Shown here piece after piece: positions 9,119 to 17,796 of a stretch of 64,000 bases of DNA (its first letter is position 1; each line of letters begins with the position of its first letter). The notes beneath the pieces are model-generated. The model was not told the DNA's origin. It ran no database searches and was given only the letters and a program-made list of their open reading frames with translations. The translations under genes and the position numbers were made by a program. This stretch comes from Nitrospirota bacterium (GTDB lineage Bacteria > Nitrospirota > Nitrospiria > SBBL01 > JAADHI01), in contig JAJDBW010000077.1 in NCBI GenBank assembly GCA_029261155.1, positions 2,365 to 66,364 on the forward strand, in the 5' to 3' direction.

Positions 9119-10489
9119 TCACATTCCATTCCAATCTCTAGTACTTTCTTGCTCAACCAGTGCAATAATCTCTTCGATTTTAGGCTCCAGTTGCGGTTCT
9201 TGTTGAAGATAAAACCGGTAGGCTTTCGTAATGAAAAGTAACTGAATGTACCAGATCAAGTGACAACGAGAGATTGAAGCGCCAGCATTTTTTTCGTATG
9301 CACGAACAAATGCCGCTATAAATAGGGGGATGAGATGCGCTTCGAAGGCGTGAACGTGACAATCGACGATAAAATTTGCGATGTCTTGAATGGGGTCCCC
9401 CATCGCCATTTCGTCGAAATCGAAACAGGCGATTCGTTCACCGCATACGAGAAGTTGTTGTAAGGAGAAATCGGCGTGAATCACCGTATTCAGTCCTGGG
9501 CTGAGATTAAGGCCTTCTCTCTCTAAATTTTGGCCGATCAATTTCAAACGTGTCTTAAATTGGGGAAAGGCCCCGATCAATTTTCCGATCTTCTTGTGAA
9601 TCTCTCTGACATGGTCTGGGATTGTCACTCGAAGCGGACTGACGAGACTACTTTGGTGAAAGTGAGCGAGACCCTTTCCGATCGACTCAAGCAATGCTTG
9701 ATAGTTCTTATTATTCAAGAAATTGACCATTGCCTTTCCTGTCAAACCGACTTGCCAGTAGGTTTTGATTTCTTTCGTGTATGCTAATGGTGGTGCAATT
9801 AAAAAATAGTCGTCATCTTGTTGGCTCTCTTGGTAGATTGCGAGGGATCTCTGATAGAGCACCTCTCCTTGATTGTCCTTAAAAGTCTTACCGAAGAGTA
9901 CTGTTTCATTCGATTCTGAACGCTTTCCCCATTTCAAGGTATATCGCGTCATGCATCGGGTCTCTGGCCGGTAGTGGATGACTTTAACTTCAATACTTAT
10001 TATGTCTTCGGAAGCATTCAGTCCTGGAGGAAGGTTTTCGTAGGGAAAATATTCCGAAACCCGTTCGGGGTCGATGCATTGAGGTAGATGCGCCAAGACC
10101 GGATCATTGGGAAAAGCCCACACGATCATGTCGAGATCGGGAAGGTATGCGAAGGAGGCACCGAAGCGAGGAATGACAAAGGGGCCGTTTCCTGTTTCTA
10201 CAAATTTATCCTGGCTGCGGTTTTCCAGGTAGACTTTGGCATAAAGGATTTGTTCGCCGCTTTGATGGGTTGAAGGATCTTCAACCCAGAGGTGATAACA
10301 GATCGAGAGGGTTGACCGTCTCGCCGAGGCGGGATTCCGGTATGTTTTATAGCTTGTATGTCCAATTTTTAAATCGATAATAATGAGTTGGTTTTCCGAA
10401 AACTTAGGAAGTCGCTCCTGGAGGCGCGCTTTCATACGTTCCGGATCCGTAAAAAGATTGAAGGGTGTCTTCTGCGATTTTGTTTTCAT
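9119..10489 (-). CDS. APH/choline-kinase-fold phosphotransferase, paralog B
   Basis: 456-aa ORF. VIHADFSLQQLL, IACFDFDEMAMGDPIQDI and IVWAFPNDPVLAHLP. Collinear with paralog A along its full length. Confidence 0.7.
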   Translation of the reverse strand: MKTKSQKTPFNLFTDPERMKARLQERLPKFSENQLIIIDLKIGHTSYKTYRNPASARRSTLSICYHLWVEDPSTHQSGEQILYAKVYLENRSQDKFVETGNGPFVIPRFGASFAYLPDLDMIVWAFPNDPVLAHLPQCIDPERVSEYFPYENLPPGLNASEDIISIEVKVIHYRPETRCMTRYTLKWGKRSESNETVLFGKTFKDNQGEVLYQRSLAIYQESQQDDDYFLIAPPLAYTKEIKTYWQVGLTGKAMVNFLNNKNYQALLESIGKGLAHFHQSSLVSPLRVTIPDHVREIHKKIGKLIGAFPQFKTRLKLIGQNLEREGLNLSPGLNTVIHADFSLQQLLVCGERIACFDFDEMAMGDPIQDIANFIVDCHVHAFEAHLIPLFIAAFVRAYEKNAGASISRCHLIWYIQLLFITKAYRFYLQQEPQLEPKIEEIIALVEQESTRDWNGM

Positions 10490-10504
10490 TTCATTGATCC
10501 AAAA

Positions 10505-12121
10505 TTATGCCCAGCGGCCTGCAATCGTGCTGCTCTGGATGACGTCGATATCCACAGCATGACCGAGGCCGGCGGAGAGGAGTTGTGCCGCAATGCAAAA
10601 CGGGTCCCGTTTATAGATATGAGGGTCCTTAGGCCGATCCCCTACCAGGAGAGACAGCATGGCGGCCCCCGTGAAGGACACGACTCTTCCGCGCATCTCC
10701 GGCCAAGCCTGTCCAACATTTCTGCGATAAGCGTCGAGCGCCTCAAAAATTGCCGATAGCGCGGAAGAGTCGGAAGCAGCGATCAAGTCGCTTAGGACAT
10801 AGTGTCCCAGGAAAAGACCGAGATCATATGCCGGATCTCCAATGCTCGAACTGAGTTCAAAATCGATCACCCCGATTTTGCGTTGATAGACAAGGATGTT
10901 CTTGGGCGTGTAATCCAAAATCAAAAGTTGGTTTCCAGTCGTCCGTTCACATGCCTGCTCACTGACTCTTTTTAGTGTTTTTAGGTCATTGCGGACTTGT
11001 TCTGAAAGATCATCGGAATTAATTCCCTCTGTCCGCAAAAAGAGCATCTTTTTCCAGTGTCGAAAATCGCTTTCTGTGTCGCCCCAAACCGGTGCGATGG
11101 GTGAAGGCAAGCGGTGGCATTGCGCCAAAAAACGACCGGCTTGACGTGCAACAATGGGGTCGAAAATGCCCTTCTTGAGTGACGCGGATAAGGATTTTCC
11201 TTCAGGGCAGACTTCGGTCAACACAAGGGTCAATGTTTCTTTATCGAATAGGACGACTTCCGGAAGCATCGCCCCATCCACGCCATTGTCTCTTAATCTA
11301 TTGAGTGTGCGCCGTTCCGTGGAAAGTCGCCGTTTTGGCTTGAGGCTCAGCCTCTCCCCCAAAGATTCCGATGCCACCGTATCACCTGCATATTTCACAA
11401 AATACCGCCGACCGTCTTTGAAGCAGACACGGAAAACCGGATCGAGCTTGCCCGCGCGGGCGCTGCCGATTTCACTGATTTCGCCCAAAGCTTTTTTGGC
11501 CAAGATGGAGCGAATTTTTTCTTGGATGATTTCACTGATTTCTTTCATTCCTTCTCGACAGACCGTCCATACGCCTTCACGTTGTGCTGCGCTGAGTTCC
11601 TTTGGGAGGGCCTTGATAAAAGAAGCGCGCCCGGCATCCCCTTGCGCCAACATTGCCCTCAAATCGGTGGCGCGCATGCTGATCGCACCGGTGGGCGCGG
11701 GTATAAGAGTCGCCGAAATCTCGGCTTGTATTGCTAAAACTTCGATATCCTCAAATCGCGCGTCGCCCCCTTCGTAGTCTTTTTCCCCGATACAAAAAAG
11801 CAGACGATCTCCTTTTTTGACGCGTGTAAAATAGCCCAGAGCCTGTTTCACAGAGCTGTGAGGGGCGATCTCGACTTTGACCTTCTTCATTCCTTGCAAA
11901 TAGAGAGACCAGATTTGCAGGGCTACATCGGAATCGAAGGCTTGCGTCGTTCCCGGAATGGTGCGGCATCGATTGGAAATAATGACAACCACCTCATCGA
12001 CCTCCGGTCTCGCCACCAAGTCCAACACGGCCGTGAGATGCGCCGCGTGGGGCGGCCGAAAGGCGCCCGGGTAGAGGGCGATGCATTTGCCCTGGGTTTC
12101 TATCGCTTGATTGCTTTTCAT
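10505..12121 (-). CDS. Bifunctional HxGH-type nucleotidyl(cytidylyl)transferase plus APH-fold kinase
   Basis: 538-aa ORF. N-terminus CIALYPGAFRPPHAAHL carries the GxFxPxHxxH signature of the cytidylyltransferase/NMNAT/PPAT superfamily. The C-terminal half has LILDYTPKNILV and GVIDFELSSSIGDPAYDLGLFLGHY, the kinase catalytic and metal loops. Confidence 0.65.
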   Translation of the reverse strand: MKSNQAIETQGKCIALYPGAFRPPHAAHLTAVLDLVARPEVDEVVVIISNRCRTIPGTTQAFDSDVALQIWSLYLQGMKKVKVEIAPHSSVKQALGYFTRVKKGDRLLFCIGEKDYEGGDARFEDIEVLAIQAEISATLIPAPTGAISMRATDLRAMLAQGDAGRASFIKALPKELSAAQREGVWTVCREGMKEISEIIQEKIRSILAKKALGEISEIGSARAGKLDPVFRVCFKDGRRYFVKYAGDTVASESLGERLSLKPKRRLSTERRTLNRLRDNGVDGAMLPEVVLFDKETLTLVLTEVCPEGKSLSASLKKGIFDPIVARQAGRFLAQCHRLPSPIAPVWGDTESDFRHWKKMLFLRTEGINSDDLSEQVRNDLKTLKRVSEQACERTTGNQLLILDYTPKNILVYQRKIGVIDFELSSSIGDPAYDLGLFLGHYVLSDLIAASDSSALSAIFEALDAYRRNVGQAWPEMRGRVVSFTGAAMLSLLVGDRPKDPHIYKRDPFCIAAQLLSAGLGHAVDIDVIQSSTIAGRWA

Positions 12122-12150
12122 TGATGCCGTCCTTGCTTGTTCTTAAACGC

Positions 12151-13518
12151 TTAAGCTTGAATGCAATATTTTTCACAGAGGTCTAAATATTGATTGATGT
12201 GTTTCATGCGTTTCTCATTCGATTGGCGGAGGCTTCTTCGCACAATTTCATAAATAAAAGCCGCTGCGATGTGCCAGCGCAGATTTTCTTGAGGGACAGA
12301 CCACTCCACTTGTTCGGAATAGGCCAGGCAAAACGTATTGACCAGCGACTGCATCCTGGACGCATCAGATCCGATACGAATGCCGTTATAATAAAAATTC
12401 GCGATAAAACTCCCCAGGTCACACAACGGATCGCCCATGCGCACACAATCCAGATCGATCAAGCCAATCTTTCCTCCATCGATCAACATATTCCCGATCT
12501 TTAAATCGCCATGAATCGGGGTCATGGGGGCGGTCTCAAGCCCGAGATTTTCAGCCTGCGTTAGGAGGGTCTTTACCAAAGATCTCACGCGACGAGCCCA
12601 AGGAGTTTTATCCACGATGTCACAAGTCTCAATGAATAGCTTGTTGATGTCGGACAATTTAAAGAGGGACGCTCCTTCAAGCGAACGACGATGAAGCGCC
12701 GCCACCGTTACGGCGATTTCCCGCATGATCTCTTTGCAATGGGGTGTATCGATCTCTTCCGCGCGAAAGGGGCTTCCTGGTAATTCCGATTGCCAGAGGA
12801 TTTTGAGATCCGCGTCATAAGCCAAGGGCTGGGCTAGGCGCGGATTTTCCGATGGACGATAGAGCTGTCGCATGATGTTGTAGCCCATTTGCCCGCTGTC
12901 GTCGGGATAGATTTTCCCAAACAGGACCCAGGGCCGGACAGCTCCTGTTTCGGTATTTTCTAAATCGAGCGTGTAACGCATCATGCAGGACCGCTCAGGT
13001 AAATAGTGAATCACCTGCACTTGAATCTCCCTCACACGGTTTGGCGTTTGAACATCAATTCGATTTAATTGTCGGGGCAAGTATTCTCGGAGAAACGAGA
13101 GATCGTGCATTTTTGGCAAGTGAATCAGTTTCCTGTCATTGGGGAAGGCCCAGATTACCATTTCGAGATGGGGGAAATACAGAATCGGCGGCAGATATTT
13201 GGGTTTGAAAAGGGCCTTCTCACGGGCGCGTTTAAATACAGAGAGACCTTCGTCCGTTTTGCAGAGTCGCGCATAAAGAATTTGTTCTTGTACGCTTTGT
13301 GCTTCGGTATTGATTATTTCGATACGATAGCTCACGACACAGCTTTTCCCCGGTTTGTATCGCCGCTCTCCAATCTGACAGGAGTAGATAAGAAAATTGT
13401 CCCTTTGCCCTTTAAGGGGATCAAATAAGCTTATTTGCAGGGCTTTACGCATACGTGTTCTATTCAATGCCGTAGAGAGCTGCGGAAAACAGGGGTCAAT
13501 TGGCTTAGTCTGCTTCAT
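12151..13518 (-). CDS. APH/choline-kinase-fold phosphotransferase, paralog C
   Basis: The track ORF begins at 13674 inside the upstream gene. ATG at 13518 (MKQTKPIDP) is more likely and gives a 14-nt overlap. ATG 13452 is an alternative. Canonical PIHGDLKIGNML, LIDLDCVRMGDPLCDLGSF and VIWAFPNDRKLIHLP. Confidence 0.7.
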   Translation of the reverse strand: MKQTKPIDPCFPQLSTALNRTRMRKALQISLFDPLKGQRDNFLIYSCQIGERRYKPGKSCVVSYRIEIINTEAQSVQEQILYARLCKTDEGLSVFKRAREKALFKPKYLPPILYFPHLEMVIWAFPNDRKLIHLPKMHDLSFLREYLPRQLNRIDVQTPNRVREIQVQVIHYLPERSCMMRYTLDLENTETGAVRPWVLFGKIYPDDSGQMGYNIMRQLYRPSENPRLAQPLAYDADLKILWQSELPGSPFRAEEIDTPHCKEIMREIAVTVAALHRRSLEGASLFKLSDINKLFIETCDIVDKTPWARRVRSLVKTLLTQAENLGLETAPMTPIHGDLKIGNMLIDGGKIGLIDLDCVRMGDPLCDLGSFIANFYYNGIRIGSDASRMQSLVNTFCLAYSEQVEWSVPQENLRWHIAAAFIYEIVRRSLRQSNEKRMKHINQYLDLCEKYCIQA

Positions 13519-15709
13519 GGTTTGAATCCATCGTTTTAAATTGGGCGCTTGGGTTGCGAATGATCTTTTGAACACCCGCCAAATTGGCCTTAAATGTTGG
13601 GGTATCTGTGTCCGCATGAAGGACATTGTTCTGAAAGCTGACTCTGCCATGATGCCTTTCAAAATCGAAAACAACCTGGTTTCGCTCCCGCATAAAATTC
13701 AGCCGATTTGCCTGTAAATTGACGATGTCGTTTTGGCGGTTTTTTCTAAAAAAAAGGAGCTTCCCTTTGTAGGTGATCTCTCCAATCGCATATTCTTTCA
13801 GATTAATTCCGTGTGCTAGGCAGAAATAGTCGTCGTAGGTCGTTTTCTCTTTTGCAATCGTAATTTTCAATGCAGTGACTTCCGCTTTCGAACACAACGT
13901 ACCTTGGTGATAGACTGGAATCTCCATGACCTTGATCTTGGGTGCTTCGGACCGATGAGGATAAAGCACGCTACAGAAGTGAGTCGGGCCAAGCGAATGC
14001 CGAGAAAAGCTGACGATCGGCGCTTTTTGTTTCTCGCCGTATTTTGTAGAGACGAAACCGGGTTTGATTGTGGAGCGAATGCCGTCTATTTTCGGCTGGG
14101 CGATCACGAGGTTTGGCGATAGGATGCGCGTTGTCGTTTCAGATTTACTCAACTTGGTTTGGTCGAAAGCCCTAGGGGACAGATGAAAATTCAGGATATA
14201 ATCATGAGTCCCCTCGGCCACTAGTCGGTCGGAAACAATCCAATATTCAGACGCGAGAAAGAAGATGTTACGTTCATGAACGACGTCGTATTCATGGCTG
14301 ATGGCGCTTCCTGAAACAAAGTCAAAACCCTTTCCCGTCGTAAATTCTTTTAAGACAGGCCTTGCGGGCGGGGTTGTTGGGATTCCTTTTCGATACGCTG
14401 TTTGATCCTTCCCATCGATTAATACGGTATTGTGGTAGGCGGTTCCTTTAAATATTTTCCGCCAGTTCACCTCCTCATGATGGGTCTCGCTATAGGTGTA
14501 TCTTCCGGGATCCACAATCAGATCATGGCCATAGGCCGTCAGTTCGAAATTGAGAATATCGTAGTGTCCGTGCGTTCCCTCACCCAAGGGTCCGCAATCA
14601 AAAAAAAGGTAGAGCCCTTCCTCGTAGGGTTTTTTTGTCCAATCGCTTCTGAGGATGTAGTAGCCACTTTCGTTAAAGGATTTGGATCGGCATGGCGGGG
14701 GACGGCCTTCTTTGCCTTTCGTCAAGGCATAGAGCAGATAGGGGTCTCGATAGTACTCGATGCCTTTTTTAAAGAGAGAGAGATAACTATTTCGGTCCCC
14801 ATCGCTCACCGCTGGAATAAAGCCGCTGGGTTTGTGCACATAGAGCGAGAACACAAGTGCGCGCTGGATGAGTTGGTCACATTCGATCGGGAGTAAAATT
14901 TCGTTCAATAAAGCGAGCTCTTTAATCCGTAGGTAATTTTTGAGCACGGTGTGATGATAATCCGGTGAAAGCTCACGCTGAACACCGTCGGAAAGGAGGT
15001 CTTGACGCATATTGTTGAGGATTTCGTCGATAGAAAATAAAAGAAAGTCATCTGCATTGGATAGTTCGGGAAAGAGGGTCGCCACCATGAATATGGCATG
15101 CAACTCAATCGTTCTGTGGTTTCCTGCTTTCGTTAAATTCCGGGTAAGATAACGGGTCTGCAAATAGATGGATCGCAGGAAGGCGATCAGAAAATCGGGT
15201 CTTAAGGCCGGTGAGATTTTTTGTGAAATAAAGTAACGGTAAGAGAGAAGCCATTGTTGCAGCCTTCTTCCAGTTACCTGGGAGTTGATAAAGCCCTCCG
15301 GCACATTTTGAATCCACGAGGAGATCAGTTGAACCCATTTCACTGCGTATTTCTCATTTCCGGAATAGGCATAGGCCTTACCGAGGTCATTCGCAAAATA
15401 AAACTTATGCAGCAAAATAAGCCATTCGATATCTAGGCTTGGATTGATTTTCCAGTCAAAATTATTGACCAAACAGTGTGATTCGTTATTAAGCGTAAAT
15501 CCATTTTTAACGATCTGATCAGCCTTTTTAACATCATCTTTCGAGCCTTTCGAAACCGGGAAGTGTCGAACCGTATTGCGGCTTTGAAAATGGGACAATA
15601 ATGTCCTTGCGTCCATGGAGGCATAGGGTTCCGCCAAGAAATTAAAAGGAGGATTGTTGTGAATGGTAATCATTGCATCACATTCTGTATTGAGGGGATT
15701 CCTATTCAT
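13505..15709 (-). CDS. Heparinase II/III-like protein (lyase/epimerase-type fold), no signal peptide
   Basis: 734-aa ORF. DIEWLILLHKFYF, AGNHRTIELHAIFMVATLFPE and GTHGHYDILNFELTAYGHDLIVDPGRYTY are characteristic of the heparinase II/III family. 4-nt overlap with the upstream paralog. Confidence 0.8.
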   Translation of the reverse strand: MNRNPLNTECDAMITIHNNPPFNFLAEPYASMDARTLLSHFQSRNTVRHFPVSKGSKDDVKKADQIVKNGFTLNNESHCLVNNFDWKINPSLDIEWLILLHKFYFANDLGKAYAYSGNEKYAVKWVQLISSWIQNVPEGFINSQVTGRRLQQWLLSYRYFISQKISPALRPDFLIAFLRSIYLQTRYLTRNLTKAGNHRTIELHAIFMVATLFPELSNADDFLLFSIDEILNNMRQDLLSDGVQRELSPDYHHTVLKNYLRIKELALLNEILLPIECDQLIQRALVFSLYVHKPSGFIPAVSDGDRNSYLSLFKKGIEYYRDPYLLYALTKGKEGRPPPCRSKSFNESGYYILRSDWTKKPYEEGLYLFFDCGPLGEGTHGHYDILNFELTAYGHDLIVDPGRYTYSETHHEEVNWRKIFKGTAYHNTVLIDGKDQTAYRKGIPTTPPARPVLKEFTTGKGFDFVSGSAISHEYDVVHERNIFFLASEYWIVSDRLVAEGTHDYILNFHLSPRAFDQTKLSKSETTTRILSPNLVIAQPKIDGIRSTIKPGFVSTKYGEKQKAPIVSFSRHSLGPTHFCSVLYPHRSEAPKIKVMEIPVYHQGTLCSKAEVTALKITIAKEKTTYDDYFCLAHGINLKEYAIGEITYKGKLLFFRKNRQNDIVNLQANRLNFMRERNQVVFDFERHHGRVSFQNNVLHADTDTPTFKANLAGVQKIIRNPSAQFKTMDSNHEAD

Positions 15710-17796
15710 GTCGGCCGCCTTGTTTCCCGTGAAGGTACTGATGGCTTAGAGACCTTTTCTTGATTCGAGATCGAATTCTCCTGTGCGATCAATCGGCTAC
15801 CTGGCTCTTTATGAATAACCCTTAGCTTCCCGCTCTCGAGTCTACGGATATAAAGGAGTGAGCCCTTGTAAGTGAAACCTCCGAAATGCCATGTTCTTCG
15901 ATAATCCGCGTTCGCGCAGAAGTAATAGTCTTTATAAGAAAGTTCGTTTTGGGTTACGCTGATACACAGTGCGAAGGCCTCACTCGCATTACAATGATGA
16001 GATCGAGACATCACCGGAAGAATATCAACAGCGATTACGGGTTTGTTCGTTTTATAAGGGTAGAGGATGGTGTGGTATGTGGCATTGTCTGCATGACTCG
16101 CAAAACGCAGCACCGGCGCGAGATGCTTTACCCCATAGCTGGGAGAGACCCAGCCGGTTTCCACAAAAAGCGACACCTCCGGATCCTGGGCTTGCGCCAC
16201 TACTAAATGGGGGGCGTTTACTCGTAATGTCTTCTGATCACGATGAACAGAAACCTTCCCCTCTGCGCGATCCGAAAGATGAAAGAGTCGATCGTAGTCG
16301 TGGGCGTTTTTGGCGCTTAAATGGTCTGAAATGATCCAATATTCAGAAGCGGCGAAAAATATCTTCCGCTCATGTACAGATTCGTAGGCATGGCTACGGG
16401 CCATCCCATGAATAAAATCGAATCCTTCACCGCTGATAAATGCTTTAATTTCATGGTCCGGTTCGGGGCCTTTTATTTTAAATTTCTTTTTGTGAAAGGC
16501 GTAATCCGTTTGATTCTTTCGATCGACGAGCACCGTGTTGTGATAGGACGTCCCGCGAAATTGAACGCGCCAATTGGTTTCCCCCGATTCGTCGTAGGTG
16601 TAGCGTCCCGGATCGACAATTAAAGATTGGCCATAGGCGGCCATCTCAAAACTCAAACAATCCAGATGTCCGTGGTTTCCCGATCCCAAAGGTCCGCAAT
16701 CGAAAACCAGGTAGCGCGCGTCTTCATAGGGTTCGCTTCCGTTTCCCCAGCCGCTACGCAAGATGTAATAACCGCTTTCGGCAAAGCCTTTGGAACGCGC
16801 CAAAGGCGGGTAGCCCGCTTTCCCTTGCGTTGCCGCGTAAAGCATCTCTTCGGAACCATAGAGTCCATGACCTTCTTTGAGTAGGTCTAAAAAACTTCCC
16901 ACATCGCCGTCGCTGAGCGAGGGGATGGAACCGTCCGGCTTATGCACATAGAGCGAAAACGTCAGCGCCTTTCTCACTTGGGCATTCATCGCTTCCGGTA
17001 TTGAAATTTTATTAAGCGACGCCAATTTCAGAATATTGAGATAGTTCTTCAGAACGATGTGATGATAATCGGTCGAAAGCTCGCAATGGACGCCGTCGGC
17101 GAGAATATCTGACTCGATGTTCCTCAGTAGTTCCTTTTTCGCGAAATCGCGCCACAGATCGGCCTCTTTGAATTCGGGAAAAACAACAGAAACTAAAAAA
17201 ATAGAATAGAGTTCCAATGTCCGATGGTTGCGGGCCGGGGTGAGGTGATCGATAAGATGAACCACTTGATCGTTGAGCGATTTTAAAAACTGCATATAAA
17301 ATATCGGAGGCAGTTGAAGGTTTGGATTTAGAGTTACGAAATAGTAATGCGCGTAGATCCAGTTTTGTATGCGCCTTCCCGCGACATCACTAGATAAGAA
17401 ACCCAAAGGAACGGTATTGATCCAGGATGATGTCAGATCGATCCACTTTTGAAGATAATTCTCGTTTTTGGTTTCATGAAAGGTCATCCCCATGCCGACT
17501 GCGTAGTAAAATTTGTGAAGCAGGATCAACCATTCAATATCCGTGCTCGGATTTTCAGACCAGTCGAAGGCCTCGGGCAAGCGATACGACTCGTGATTAA
17601 ATTCAAAGCCATTTTCGAGAATAGCGTCTATCCTTTTTCGCTGCGTTTCTGTTTCGTCGATGACGGGAAAATACTGAATATTTTTACGATTCTGAAAATG
17701 AGATAAGCAACGCTCCCGCGACCAAGACCGGTAGGGCTCGTGCAAAACACTGTTTTCATTATTGAGCGCTATAGACGTCATCTCAAATTTATCCAA
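15706..17796 (-). CDS. Heparinase II/III-like protein, paralog of 13505-15709, no signal peptide
   Basis: 696-aa ORF. DIEWLILLHKFYY, ARNHRTLELYSIFLVSVVFPEF and GNHGHLDCLSFEMAAYGQSLIVDPGRYTY. Collinear with the downstream paralog. Confidence 0.8.
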   Translation of the reverse strand: MDKFEMTSIALNNENSVLHEPYRSWSRERCLSHFQNRKNIQYFPVIDETETQRKRIDAILENGFEFNHESYRLPEAFDWSENPSTDIEWLILLHKFYYAVGMGMTFHETKNENYLQKWIDLTSSWINTVPLGFLSSDVAGRRIQNWIYAHYYFVTLNPNLQLPPIFYMQFLKSLNDQVVHLIDHLTPARNHRTLELYSIFLVSVVFPEFKEADLWRDFAKKELLRNIESDILADGVHCELSTDYHHIVLKNYLNILKLASLNKISIPEAMNAQVRKALTFSLYVHKPDGSIPSLSDGDVGSFLDLLKEGHGLYGSEEMLYAATQGKAGYPPLARSKGFAESGYYILRSGWGNGSEPYEDARYLVFDCGPLGSGNHGHLDCLSFEMAAYGQSLIVDPGRYTYDESGETNWRVQFRGTSYHNTVLVDRKNQTDYAFHKKKFKIKGPEPDHEIKAFISGEGFDFIHGMARSHAYESVHERKIFFAASEYWIISDHLSAKNAHDYDRLFHLSDRAEGKVSVHRDQKTLRVNAPHLVVAQAQDPEVSLFVETGWVSPSYGVKHLAPVLRFASHADNATYHTILYPYKTNKPVIAVDILPVMSRSHHCNASEAFALCISVTQNELSYKDYYFCANADYRRTWHFGGFTYKGSLLYIRRLESGKLRVIHKEPGSRLIAQENSISNQEKVSKPSVPSRETRRPT

